From: Felis catus
Lineage: Eukaryota
Direction: 5' to 3'
DNA: 64,000 nt
Assembly (NCBI RefSeq): GCF_018350175.1
Contig: NC_058377.1
Location: 67,642,001 to 67,706,000, forward strand
Shown: positions 1 to 12,889 of the stretch, one piece after another
How the letters are laid out: each line of letters begins with the position of its first letter
Numbering within the stretch: the first letter of the stretch is position 1
Notes under the pieces: model-generated
Seen by the model: the letters and a program-made list of their open reading frames with translations, nothing else
Database searches by the model: none
Told to the model about the DNA's origin: nothing
Position numbers and translations under genes: made by a program

Positions 1-560
1 TAGTACTGTGGGGAAGTGTAATGTTAACCTGATTTCTTTCCTTTATAAGTGATTTGATCATTGTGCTTGGCTGTTGAAAGAATCTGTTACCTTTAAACTC
101 TGATAATTTCATTAGGCTATGTCTCAATTATGACCATCTGGAGTCAGTTTTCCCTCGTACACGATTTGTCCTTTCAATATATGCATTCACGTCTTCTTTT
201 ACACCAGGAAAGTGTTCTTGAATTATATTTTAAGTAATTATTCTGTCTTATAATTTTGTTTTTCTTCTTTGGAGACACCAATTATGCATATGTTGGATTT
301 GGGAGGGCCTATCTTCTTTGTCATCTGCAGGCATCTTCTATATTAGCTGTAGTGTATTATCTTCATTGTCCTCCATCTAATTTATTCTTATTTTCTGAAA
401 ACAATTTTTTGGGGGTCTCCTATTTAATTCCTGACTTCTGCCAATTCTCATCTCACTTCTTTCCTGACTTCTTGTATTTCTGATATTTTCATCATTTTTT
501 ACATCACTGCATGCATCAAGTTTTTGAATTTTATGATGGAATATTTGGTTATAATGTTTA
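1..560 (-). mobile_element. Old L1-like (HAL1/L1M) fragment
   Basis: T-rich degenerate sequence including 'ttcttctttggagacaccaattatgcatatgttggat', resembling recalled HAL1/L1M antisense sequence; boundaries approximate. Confidence 0.45.
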
Positions 561-585
561 TGTGGGGAGTTTTCTTCATCTGTGG

Positions 586-587
<2 letters not shown>

Positions 588-625
<38 letters not shown>
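588..625. repeat. Poly-T tract (38 nt)
   Basis: Uninterrupted T run read directly. Confidence 0.95.
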
Positions 626-626
<1 letters not shown>

Positions 627-958
627 TCTTTGAGAGTATTTCTCTTTTGTGAGTGTTTGAATGGGTCCTGTTCCCATTCAGTATTTATGTTGGATGACTT
701 TCTGGACCAACTATCTATAGGAAATTGCTTTGTGCTTATGTTGGAGAGGGCTGTGAGATGAGGTGAGAAAAGAGAATATGGGGAATCTCTAAACTTTGTA
801 GCTCAAGAGCTTCCTCTTCTCTTCATAAAGCAGCACACCATTTCCTCCAAATATGGCACCTCCATGCAGCCACACATGCTGTGTCTCTCTGTGTGTAGCC
901 TGCCTCAGAAGGGCTTCCAACTTAATCTTGTTTTCTTGTTTGTTTCTTAAAAAAAAAT

Positions 959-1157
959 CCTTTTTAAATGTTTATTTTTTGAGAGAGAGAGACAGAGTGC
1001 AAGCGGAGGAGGGGCAGAGAGACAGGGAGATACAGACTCTGAAGCAGGCTCTGAGCTGTCAGCACCGAGCCCGCTGCAGGGCTTGAAGCCGCGGACCGCG
1101 AGATCGTGACCTGAGCTGAAGTTGGCTGCTTAACCGACTGAGCCACCCAGGCACCCC
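959..1157 (-). mobile_element. Can-SINE (feline SINEC type)
   Basis: Reverse complement of GGGGTGCCTGGGTGGCTCAG head, CT-rich segment and AATAAA/A-rich tail. Confidence 0.95.
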
Positions 1158-1619
1158 TCCTGTTCATTTATTTATTGGCCATTGCCACAAAAGGACACAG
1201 CCCCTGCCTCCAAATGTATATGTTTGTGCTTTCTGAGGTATGCCATTCCTTGACCCACAGGGGACACTTTGGCACCTTCTCTCTGTCCCTCCTGCTCACA
1301 GAAGTCCCTCTAGGACATTTCGTATTCCCTTCTGGGAATGCATTTCTTGTCAAGGATCTGAGCCCTGCTAACTAGGGCCTTGTTCTTCCTGACTTCTCCC
1401 TTCTCTGACTCTTAGGAGGATTTCCACAGGATTCAGCTGGTCACACCTGCTTCAGTGATTATCTACATATAACTTCTCTGTTTTTTAGTTTCTATTTAAA
1501 ATGCACTTGTATTCCCCACCCCTTTCATTCTCCTTGTTGCTCTATATGGTTTCCAAAAGAGTAAAACTCTAAAATGAAATCAAACCACACAGTAGTTTAA
1601 AAAAAATCTCCCAGTGATT

Positions 1620-1873
1620 TTAATGTCTGAAGGGGGAATGATGACTCTAAAGAAAAACAAGGGGAAGATAAACACAGAATTCAGCATAATGATTATCCCT
1701 GGATACAGGAAGTATGTGGGAGGCAGGAAAATGCAATTGGGGAAAGAAAGCTTTAGCAGTATTGGTAATTTTGTATTTCTTAAATTGAGTACCAGGTTCA
1801 GAAGTATTCACATTATTGTTTTCCATAGATTATTATGTATGATTAGACTATTTTTTAAAGTCTATTTGGTTAT

Positions 1874-1919
<46 letters not shown>

Positions 1920-2120
1920 CAAGCGTGAGTAGGGGAGGGGCAGAGAGAGAGGGAGGGAGAGAATCCCAAGCAGGATGAGCACTGTCAGCACAGAGCCCAA
2001 TGTGGGACTTGATCTCACAAACTGTGAAATCATGACCTGCGCTGATACTAGGAGTTGGATGCTTAACCAGCTGAGCCACCCAAGTGCCCCATGATTAAAA
2101 TATTTTGTAATAAAAATCAA
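1620..2120 (+). mobile_element. Old L1ME-type 3' end fragment interrupted by a SINE
   Basis: Degenerate L1 3' UTR-like text on both sides of the SINE at 1851-2090. Confidence 0.4.
1851..2090 (-). mobile_element. Can-SINE with expanded (GA)n
   Basis: SINE head ends at 2090; TSD-like atgattagactatttt / atgattaaaatatttt on either side. Confidence 0.95.
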
Positions 2121-4574
2121 TAACATTCTTTAAACATGAAAAGAGAAAATTATACTTTAGTGTTTTGAAATCTAATTTATATTCATTTGACTATTGCTGA
2201 TGATACAATTGGAATAGGTTATATTTAAGGACAACAGAAAGGCAGCTCTGTGTGAGGAGCCAGTGAGCCAACATTATTATTCCCTCATCCCCAGCCAGAT
2301 GAAAGGACCCTCAGAAAGTCAGAAAGTCCACCAGGATTCAGTGTTCTTTTTATGCTATGCTGTCTTTAACTGGATTTTAAAACAAGAGAATATAGCATAT
2401 AATAAAATTCGCACACTGCATTAATCTTGTTTGGCTGGAGCCAGAAGACCCTGGAGTGGTAACCAGAGGTCTGGGCAATAATCCCCACGGTCCTTGACTC
2501 CACAGTCCTATCTAAAGCCACTGGGAGTCAAGACTCCCTTCTGCTTTGCAAGAAGGGAAAGAAAGCCTTCTGCTTTCTCCAAGAACTTAAGACATGCTCC
2601 CCAAGGATAGGATCAGAAGGCCAAAGACAATAATAACAGTAATGAAAAAAAAAAAAGCACTCTAATTTTGCATATGCTGGTGTGGAAAGTTATATTGTGA
2701 AGGGGAAAAAAAAAGCCATGTGGACCAACATCCATGACATGGCCTATTTTGTCAATAAATTAAAAGACATCTATCCATCTGGATATATTTAAGTATCTTT
2801 TGTCTGCAGGCAGAAAATGTCAGGAAGGATGGACAATGGTTATCATGCAAAGCAGGAGTTGGTGTTAGGATAGAGGAAAGGAGTTTCGCTTCCTATTTTA
2901 ATAACTTTAAAAGGTGTGGGGTGATTTTATTCAATTGTTTTAAATATATTTTTCAAATATAGAAATAGAATGCCTCTCTTCTTGTGACAGCCAGAGTCCC
3001 AAGGGCAGATCAGCTAAAGTGTCACCTGCCTTTAGCTTCTAGCATGAAGGGAGCTGCGTGTTCCCTCCCCCAGGGACTGAGGCAGCCTTCCTGCCTCTCT
3101 TTTGCAGGGAATTCAAGGACTGGACAGTTATGGCCAAAGTTCCCAACCCCATTTTTCCAGGACACCCTGGTGGCCTTCCTTGATAATTCAAGTTTCCTAC
3201 ATTCAGCATGGGTTAGTCTCTCCTCCCCCACTTGGTTTTTGTTTTGAAAAATGACCAAGGAGATGTATTAAATTTAAACAGTTCAAAACAAAGAGGCTTT
3301 GAAGACACCTACTTTTCTCCCTCTCTGGAAAACCTGATTTGAGTTTCGATCTGGATCTGTAACCAGGGGTCCTGACTTGAGGTTGCCAATTCCAGCCTCC
3401 TGGGGATCCTCAGCTGAGCCAGCATCCATGTGGGTCCCTGGGAGAGGAAAGAGACCAGTGTACCTTTCACTCCCCTTTGGCAGGAAGCCACAGCTGTCCT
3501 GAAGCTAAGAGGCTTTGCTTTCTCCCGGCCATTGGACATGGCTGACAGGGATAGAATATCTGAATCTGGAGGACAATGGTATGCGCTAGCCCAAATCAGA
3601 AATCCAAATATGACTGGCAGATGGCAGAATGTGTGGTTATGGTGGAGGTTTCCTACTGATTCATAGACGTTTCCCATAACTTCCAAAAAGTTTCTCCAAA
3701 ATCTCACTTGCCATTTTATCAGGAAAAAAAAAAAAAAAAAAAAAAAGAATAGTTTTTTTCATTTATAGCAAAACTCCAGAGGCATCTCCTTGTCAGATGA
3801 GGCTATATTGCTCCTACAAATAGAGTTCATTATTTTGTCAAAGTGAATTAAAATAAAATGTCACTTACTGAATGTCACATTTCTGGATTTGACATTGTAT
3901 ATAAAAGGTCCTTCTAAAAAAAAAAAAAAAAAAGGAGAGAAAATCTGAAAGCCTTGGTTGGAAATCCACTTGAAGAAGAAGAAATAGAAGCATTAAAAAA
4001 TCCCATTTGGGTTTCATAAAATTCCTTTCAAATGTGACAGTCTGGTAGAAATCAAGTATTTTTCAGTTCCTAAAATACAATTTTGATTAAAAATTTATAA
4101 GCTATTTGCAGGAAAGATACTCCATAAACTGAGAATAAGTCTTATGGGTCCTTTAGAGGAAAGCTGGGAACTTTTGACACGAAAGTGGTAAACTGTATTG
4201 CTTCCTACAAACATATACCCCTTTCAGTGTTTGGAGTGAATCGCTCTCCATATTCCAGTTGTTTATGCCTGTGGTGGGTATGGATGACCAGGACACTTGA
4301 GGGTGATAGAGCCACGAGGACTGGGCTCTAACAGGAGGGCTGGGTGGCCCCTGCAGGCCACACTCCAGAACTCGGCGTCCATATCCTCACCTCAGATCAT
4401 TTTCTCTAAAATTGAAAACCGTCACCTCCATTTTCTGGTAGCAGGTAGAAGTGGGCAGATAAAGTGAAGAATGTTTGGTCTTCTTTTCTGCCCACATAAA
4501 TTCTTCCCATTGCACAGGACTCATTTGAGTCCTGAGTAAGCGTGAAGTAGAAACCATAGGCTCATTTCTACATG

Positions 4575-4960
4575 GTTGTACTGACTGCTCTCCTCTCTCC
4601 TGTCCTTACCCCCCACCTTCTTTGCCTGATGAACTCTTACTCAAGTATTCCTTCTCCTGTCAAGATTCTTCCTCACTTCCAAGTAGGAATAATTAATTCT
4701 GGACTCCCCAAATACATTGTATATATCTCTACTATGGAACCTAAAACACTGTAATACAATTATGTGTGTAAATGGCTATCTAATCCCATTAGACTATAAA
4801 TTCCTTAAGAGCAAGGATTTTCTCTAACTGAATTTTATATTCCTAACATATAGTATGATACTTAGCACATGATAGGCATTCAGGAAACATTTGTTGAATA
4901 ATTAAGTGGTTTGATGAATGGATAAATTAATAAATGAATGAATGAATGATTAAATGAAAC
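4575..4960 (+). mobile_element. L2 3' end fragment
   Basis: 'cttagcacatgataggcattcaggaaacatttgttgaat' followed by a (TGAA)n tail, typical of the L2 terminus. Confidence 0.55.
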
Positions 4961-5388
4961 TACAAGTGAATAAATAAATTCAAGTATGGAAAATTAAATA
5001 AATATGAATGAATGGACCAATGGACAAATCAAATGTCTATTCTCCATATATGGGTGTATGTATGTGTGTGTGCATATATGTTTACATAAATGTCACATGT
5101 TACCATATTGAATTTCCCCCACATTAAAATTCATTTCTGCATTCTCAGGAAGAGACCAGTAGGCTCTGAGATCATTCACTTGGAAGGAATCAGGAATCAG
5201 AGTAGCCTGGTCCTTTGTCGGAGGTTGCAAGAGGGAGGTTACTTCTTAAGGTTTGGCCATGATGGTTTTGTTGCTTGAGTCTTCCCATTCAAGAACCTGT
5301 TTCCCATTTTCTACTCTGAAGATTTCCTGGCTTATTGACTTCGAACCTCCTAAGATGACCACTGAATTCCAACAGGGTTGTTCAGAAC

Positions 5389-5894
5389 ATATATATATAT
5401 ATATAATTTATTGTCAAATTGGGTTCCCTACAACACCCAGTGCTCATCCCAACAGGTGCCCTCCTCAATGCCCATCACCCCCTTTCCCCTCCCCCCCCAT
5501 CAACCCTCAGTTTGTTTTCAGTATTTAAGAGTCTCTTATGGTTTGCCTCCTCCCTCTCTGTAACTTTTTTTTCCCCCTCCCGCTCCCCCCTGTCTTCTGT
5601 TAAGTTTCTCAGGATCCACATAAGAGTGAAAACATATGGTATCTGTCTTCCTCTGTATGACTTATTTCACTTAGCACAACACTCTCCAGCTCCATCCACG
5701 TTGCTACACAAGGCCATATTTCATTCTTTCTCATTGCCAAGTAGTATTCCCTTGTATATATAAACCACAACTTCTTTATCCATTCATCAGTTGAAGGACA
5801 TTTAGGCTCTTTCCATAGTTTGGCTATTGTTGAAAGTGCTGCTACAAACATTGGGGTACAAGTGCCCCTCTGCATCAGCACTCCTGTATCCCTT
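5389..5894 (-). mobile_element. 5'-truncated young feline L1 (ORF2 C-terminus, 3' UTR, (TA)n-converted tail)
   Basis: Minus-strand frame reads RDTGVLMQRGTCTPMFVAALSTIAKLWKEPKCPSTDEWIKKLWFIYTREYYLAMRKNEIWPCVATWMELESVVLSEISHTEEDRYHMFSLLCGS*, the carnivore L1 ORF2 C-terminus; stop codon at 5609. Confidence 0.95.
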
Positions 5895-6511
5895 CCCCCA
5901 TACTTCTTGATGCCTAGCTGGGCAGGTCCGAGGTGACACGCATCCTGAAGACCAGCATGGGCAGTATGGCCTTGGAACACTCTTGCTCCGGCAGATTCTA
6001 GACCTGGGGTTTTTTGGAGCACACTCAAGACCCGGGTTCTGGGTGATTGACTTCTCTCCCAGGGCTACCACCTGACATTGTTAATCTAGCCCCTGTGAGG
6101 CTGTCACAAGGTTCATTCACATGCATTTTGGATAATACCCGTTAGTGATGCCCATTAATTAAGCAGAGCAATTTGTTTATAATTAACTTGAGAAATTTAT
6201 GGCTTTAGAAAACAATTACAGGAGCTGATATAAACACATTAGGTAGTGATAGCAATGCCAAATTTAATTGCTTTCAAGAAGAACCACTGATGTTAATGCT
6301 ACAGCCATCACTAGTCATGTTTGACAGCAGCTTGTAAATTCATCGGTTCATGTATGAGCCAACACCTCAGGTGATCTGGACTGGGAAGCTTCGGCCCTTG
6401 GAAACGGTTTATGATATAGTACTAAGTGAAAAAAGAGGCTTGAAAATTATACGTGGTGCATTCCCAATTTGGTAAAAACAGTTCTTTGTGTATATCTACG
6501 CCTTCCTCGTA

Positions 6512-6513
<2 letters not shown>

Positions 6514-6555
<42 letters not shown>
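6514..6555. repeat. (AT)21 microsatellite
   Basis: Read directly. Confidence 0.95.
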
Positions 6556-6557
<2 letters not shown>

Positions 6558-8364
6558 TATGTTTATGTGATACATGTATTTATGAATATGTATGTACACA
6601 TATAAATACATTTATTTCTTTCTAGTGAAAGAAATACATAAAAATGAAAGCCATGCGCACGGAGTACATATAACAGAGGCGCAGAAGCCCCGATGGTTTT
6701 CCCTGGGTGACGGGATTACTATTTTAATTTTTACTTTACGGCTTTTTGTATTTTTCACAAATTCTATCGGAAGAACGTACCCTTTTTACACCAAGAAAAA
6801 TTTAACGGTTATTGAAAGGGTGGGTATAGAAAAGAATAAAAAGAGAGAGAGAGATGTTCTTTTTCAAGGAAATTATTTTAAAAAGATAAGCAGATTCTTC
6901 TGTGAGAATTGTGCGTGCTACTTCGTTGGCATTTCAAGATTATTTTTATTTTTGCGTGAGAAAACGACAAAATAAACTCACCATGTTCATGTTCATCCTC
7001 ACGTGATCCTCATCGTTGGGTTATTCCTGTCCTGGTTCTACAATTGAGAAAGAAGAGCAGCGCCCTTCAACTTTTAAAAATATCAGCTCATGAAAACACC
7101 GCAAGGGGCTGTTGGCCTGATTCCCACACTGCGGGCGCCTGCAGATTCAGGATAAGACACATCAACCAGTCACTCTGGACAAGGACAGATTCTCAGAGGA
7201 CTCACTGAATAAACCTCCTGCTGACAAGTGCACGCGCTCAGGAGCGGGGTGACGATTCATCCTTGCCAAATGATTCATCTTCCCAAAATGTCACAAGAAA
7301 AGGGAAGAAAAGGAGCATTGGGCTAAAAGCTGTGAATGCCTTTGCAGAAGATGCACTCCCCAAATGGTAGAGGTTATCTGACCCCACCTGCTCCCTCCCA
7401 GCTGAGGGGAGCAGTGTGACCCTTAGGGCCACATGCAAGCCAGAGACGGTGCTCGTAACGAACACAGACCGGCTCCTGTTACCATGTAATGAACACCGAC
7501 TCTGTGTCAGGCAGTGGCCCCATCTTTCATATTGCAGCACGTTAATAATTACAGTTTAGCTCTGCTGACTAAAGATTTTTAAGCCCATGATCTGGTGCTC
7601 CTCCAAGTATAGTCATTGGAGCTTTTGTGTGGCTAGGTTTTCCCTGGAAAAGGTTCTGTAGTCCAGAAGGTGTGGGAGACCCTGATCATTCTTTCCCTTC
7701 CTGGAGATTCCTAAAGGCATCAGCTTACCAAAGTCTTGGAGGAGTCCCACGATAAAGAAGCTTATTCATTCTCGTTTAATAGGGTGTCTTCCAGACTTGT
7801 TGAGCACAGAATGCTCTTGATCTTATAACATCTCTTCACATCTGATGTTAGTGTTCCTGAAACCAGTGTTGGGGAAAAGTCACCGAGTTCAGCTAGGGGG
7901 AAGATGCAGAACGACTGAATTTAGGACTGCGCCAGCCGGCACGTTATTTCCCTCACGCCTCCCTGGGTTGCTGGGATATACCTGGCACACAGAGTAGATC
8001 CTTAAAAAGCAGCTGAATCTGAGGAAACTATGAAGACTCAACTTCAAGTTCATAATCCAGGCTCTGTTTTGGGTTTATGACACACGTGGAGAGATGTTCC
8101 AACACCAAATAGAATAGCAATGCCGTCTGTAGAGCTATGAGTACGTTCTCTTGCTTAGCTTGGAAGCAGAACTGTGGGCCTGGATGACCCAATACACCTC
8201 GTCACCGTAGAGGCACAGCTGACGTTCACAAAGCCGTGTGATTTGCCCGAGTCGCAGAACTAGTGAGGCGGTCCAGCAGCTCAAACCTCCTGACTCCAAG
8301 GCTGGGTGCTCCTCAGCTCCAACTCTCTGTCCATGCTCATTCCCCCAGCACTGCCACCCTGAGG

Positions 8365-8600
8365 TGGCATAATGTGATGAGGTAAACAGGGTCTTCTAAA
8401 TGAGGCGGATGTGGATCTAAACCCCGGTTCTCCAAACCAGAATCTGGGGGACGTTGGGCAAGTGGCCTGAATGCTTTGTGCCTCAGTTTCCTGATCTTTT
8501 AACTCACCTCACAGAACTCGTGAGAAGGCAGATAATGATAATAATAATAATGGTAATAATAATTAAACCATTGTCATATGCTCAGTAGGTATGGTATAAA
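8365..8600 (+). mobile_element. MIR
   Basis: Core-like 'gacgttgggcaagtggcctgaatgctttgtgcctcagtttcctgatc'. Confidence 0.55.
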
Positions 8601-8842
8601 TGGTATCCTCTTCTTTTTATCACTATTTTGAGGAGCTCTTGACTAATTTTGCTCCTCAGGATAGGAATTCAAGTTTCCTTTTCTCTGTGGCTCTCACTTT
8701 GGAATGGTCCTTCATATCTGAGTAACAAGAACCTTTTGTATCAATAGGAAAAAAATGGAACTAACAAATAAATTGCCTGTTAATAAAACAGTGATGTTGA
8801 ATTCTAAGGGTGTGAAACTGAGAACAAGAGAGGGTATGATTT

Positions 8843-9015
8843 GGGGCGCCTGGGTGGCTCAATCAGTTAAGCGTCCAACTTCGGCTCAGGTCATGATCTC
8901 ATGGATCATGAGTTTGAACCCCACGTCGGGTTCTGTGCTGACAGCTCAGAGCCTGGAGCCGGCTTCAAATTCTGTGTCTTCCTCCCTCTCTGCCCCTTAC
9001 CTGTTCACACTCTGA

Positions 9016-9065
<50 letters not shown>

Positions 9066-9097
9066 AATAAATAAACATTAAGACAAATTTTAAAAAA
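8843..9097 (+). mobile_element. Can-SINE with (CT)n expansion
   Basis: GGGGCGCCTGGGTGGCTC head, long CT repeat at 9018-9062, AATAAATAAAC tail. Confidence 0.95.
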
Positions 9098-9489
9098 GAG
9101 AGAGAGTGTGTGTAATTTATCACACCCTGGGCTCCGTCTTCCGGTAAGGCTTGTAGATATGGAAACCGGGTCACCTCAAACGGAAGGACTGAGAGCTGTG
9201 TTCTGATCACTGCCTCATCATGAGCTCCAGCCGAGAGGGACAGTCTCACTGACTTGGGTCCTGATGCTGTCATAGGTCAGCACAAGGCAGACACCAGTAC
9301 ATTTCTCTAGGAGAGTCATTCACTTTGGGCTGGCAGAGGGCTTGCTTCCTCTGATTGTCAGGCAGGGCTTAGAGCATTTTGCAGGCAGGGCCCCAAGAAG
9401 ACCTCACCAAGCTCTTTGGCTGCATCACAAGAAGCATTTATTTATTCTGACTCCTTTGAGACAGACGGCTGGCTTTCAACATCTAGAGG

Positions 9490-10150
9490 GACATCCTTTC
9501 TCTCCATTGCTCTCCTTCATTCCGCCCCCTCCATGCCTTCACTCCAGGCCTCATCTCTTATTTGGTCCACTGTACTGGCCTCCTAACTGGCCTCCCAGCC
9601 TCCTTTCCAGCCCACTTTTCACTCACTGATCCTCTGCAGCCACAACCGTTTTTCCAAACTGCTGACATCTGATGGCTTCCTATGGTTTCCAGAAAACAGC
9701 CCAGAGACCTTAGTCTGACATTTGGGATCCTCCAAACCTGACCAAAGTCTGCCTTTAACCTTAGTTTATATTCTTCTCACGTGTGCCTTATTTGCCCCCA
9801 TCATACTGAGCTTCTTGACATTTGTTTTTTTCTGTTCACAGCCTGTTATTTTAAGTCTCTAAGTCATTGCAGTGGCTACTTCTTTTGGGTGGCATTTTTC
9901 CCCTTCTGCTTCACTTTCCAAACTCAGCTCAAATGTCAGCCTTGTGAAGTCATCTTCCCATGTTCTCTAGGATAATCATCTCCTCCCTTTGATTCTCACA
10001 CTGCTCTCTTCATACCCCTCATAAACATTGGTAAAAATTTCCCTTTTCCCCACCAGATTATAAGTTATTTTAGTGTTGGGCTTGTGTTTATTCAGCTCAG
10101 TATGCCCAGTGCCCAGTTGTTTATGACATAATATCTGCTCCATAAATGGA
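9490..10150 (+). mobile_element. L2 fragment(s)
   Basis: Pyrimidine-rich L2-like text such as 'ctggcctcctaactggcctcccagcc' and a degenerate 3' end. Confidence 0.5.
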
Positions 10151-10345
10151 TGTATTAATATTTGGATGGATAGATGATAAATAGATGATGGACGGGTGGG
10201 TGGATGGCTGGCTGGCTGGCTGGGCAGATAGCTGGATGGGCAAATAGATGGGTGGATGGATAGATGGATGGATGGAAGATGCATGGATATATTGGTAGAT
10301 GGAAGGAAGGGAAAAAGGTAGATAGGAAGGAAGGATGGATTAGTG
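10150..10345. repeat. Degenerate (GGAT/AGAT)n simple repeat
   Basis: Read directly. Confidence 0.85.
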
Positions 10346-11319
10346 AGTGATTGAGTAGATGAGATAGGGAAAATGTAACCCAAATAGATTTAAAAGCTTG
10401 AAGTCCATTTAAGTACAACTGTTTTGCCTGCAGTGGGGAGGTTGCAATTGATTTTGTGATAAAACCAAAGGAAGTTGTGATGTAAAATATAAAGGAAAAC
10501 ACTCAGAAGACAGAAAGTAAGGAAGGCTGGGAGAATATCATTGTAGCAGAAAAGGTAAGCAAAAGTCCAAACAACGAAGAGGGATTTTGCTACTCATCTC
10601 TGAATTGCCCAGAGCCCAGATCAGTGGATGGCACACAGTAGGTATTCAATAAATGCTTACTGAATGAGTGAGAAAGCCTATGCACAAAGCTCATATGGAA
10701 CCCAAAGCAGATACATTCTCTCTCAGAAGCAATAAGTGATTTGGAAAAGTCCTTGTCTGTGAGCATCACTGAGAGAGAATTCTGTGATTCTTATGGATGC
10801 CAAGTTATACCCAGGGGCTTAGGTGACGTAGGCTGATTTTCTGTTATTCGTTTGGTGTGTGTGGTAGGATCATTCTCAAACACGGAGTGTTCACACATGT
10901 GCGGCTCTGGGCTGTCAAGTGGATGGTCTTCCCCTCCCGAGCGTGGGAGCTTCAGCCAAGGAAGGAACCTGTTTTCCCTGACAGTGGGACCAGCAGAATC
11001 AGACAGAGTACCACAGCTCTGTTTCACCTTTCCACAGGGAATATTAGGTGTTGACGCCCTGAAATGGAAGTACAGCTCCAAATATAAAACAAAAAGAAAT
11101 GTGATGGGAGACAAAGAAATTTCCTTACAAAAGACTTCCTGGCTATTGAGAGAGGGATGTGCTTGCACTGGATGGAGTCAGTTGCTAAAAAATTCAGCTG
11201 GTTTAGATATTTGGGGTCTGGGAATGGAAAGATACCAACACAAAATTCACTTTCCCTATCCTTCAGATATGGGAGAAAAGGGACTGCCCTCTTTATTACA
11301 GGGCTATTGAGGTCAACAA

Positions 11320-11965
11320 AACATTTATGAAACATTTACTATTTGCCAAGAACTGAGTTCCAACTGGGGACACAGAAGGAGAAAGCCTGTTCCCTGCTCT
11401 CAAGGAGCCCTGTGGGGAGGAAGGCAAGACAATAATCAATGGCAGTTCCATATGTCCGGGGCTCAAATGGAGGCATGAGTGTCAAGGTCTAGAGGTCCAC
11501 AGGGGAAGGGGTTGCGCTTCATCTGACATGAAGAAACCACGAAAGGCCTCTCAGAGGAAGAAGGCTTATGAGGAGGGAAATGGAGAAAAGAAATGGTGTT
11601 CCAGGCAGATGGGCTAAATGCTGGGGCAAGACCAGTGCAAAAAGACCTAAGTGGGTGTGAAAATAATTGAGATGTGAGATATTAAGGGGGGATGGGGAAA
11701 ATGCAGAGTCGAGATGCACACAGGAGGTGGAGCTTCCTGGACAGGAGGAAAGCCTGGCCAGGAGGGACGGGGAAGGCGGAGTCAACGTGTCAGGCACCAT
11801 TCACAGAGATGGGAAACAGATGGGAAGGAACAGACTTGAGGGTGATGCCCAGAGGGGCAGATTGGACTGTCCTCTCCCGCAGTGAGTCTGCTGTGTTGGA
11901 GGACCCTTGGGAGGAAACATCTGTATAAATGGATCTGGAGCTTAGGGCAAAGAACAGAATGGAGA
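11320..11965 (-). mobile_element. L2 fragment
   Basis: Antisense L2 terminus 'aacatttatgaaacatttactatttgccaagaactg...cctgttccctgctctcaaggagcc'. Confidence 0.55.
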
Positions 11966-12678
11966 TACAGGTTTGAGAGTCCTCCAGGGAAGCAGATCAG
12001 GCCCTGGGGATGCCTTTCGAAGTTGACAACTTCGAGTAGGGAGGTTGTAACAAGGGCTGGTGCACAGAACCCTCACCCCGGTGGGTTCATCAGTCCAGCT
12101 GTGGGTTTTCTGGGCTACCCCTGTGGGTATCACTTCTGCCATCACTCACCTACCTGCCTCTTGGTCCTCTGGATTGTCCCTGCTCTGCATGGCTACCACA
12201 TAATCGAAGCTGCAAGATTAAAAGGTGGTAAACAGAGCTCAAGCGACCAGTGTCAAATTCCAAAATCAATGCGAGGGAGCACAGGCATCAGGAAATGGGG
12301 GGACCATTTATGTCACAGGCTTCCTGGGTCAGGGGGCTGGAGGTGGCCTCCACCAACTGCTGTAGGGGGCGCTTCTGTGCTCAGGAAGAGCTTTAGCTTG
12401 ACTAGATTCCTGAGTTAGAGAGTGAGCCCTTCATAATGTGGTCTGACAGCCAAGGGTGACTTTTCCCACATATTGTTTTAAAGGGAAGACAGCTGCACTG
12501 TGGGTTCACTTTGTTCTGGGGTTTCCACTGAACTCCCCACAGGAAGAGGCTCTGGGCTGCAAGCCTTGGGGACTTCTGTATGAGGAGGTATGGGACCAGA
12601 GAAAGGGGTGACCTTCTGGGTAGCCAGCATTAGCATTAAAGCCCAAGGGCCCCACCTCATAAGATTTAAGGTGCCCTT

Positions 12679-12889
12679 GGGATGCCTGGGTGGCTCAGTT
12701 GGTTAAGGATTCAATTTTGGCTCAGGTCATGATCTCATGGTTCATGAGTTCAAGCCCTGTGTCGGGCTCTGTGCTGACAGCTCAGAGCCTGGAGTCCGTT
12801 TTGGATTCTGTGTGTCTCTCTCTCTCTCTGCCCCTCCCTTGCTTGCACTTTCTCTCTCTCTCAAAAATAAATAAACATAAAAAAAAAAA
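12679..12889 (+). mobile_element. Can-SINE
   Basis: Head 'gggatgcctgggtggctcagttggttaag', CT segment, A tail. Confidence 0.95.

Noticed and set aside
5609-6028. 139-aa minus-strand ORF as a gene
   Set aside because: Only the part from 5894 down is meaningful and it is the L1 ORF2 C-terminus; the N-terminal part is chance read-through into flanking DNA.
11882-12418. Longest ORFs (178 aa here; also 56742-57275, 57976-58479, 59027-59539)
   Set aside because: Composition is typical of random GC-rich non-coding DNA, several overlap repeats, and none shows a recognisable domain.
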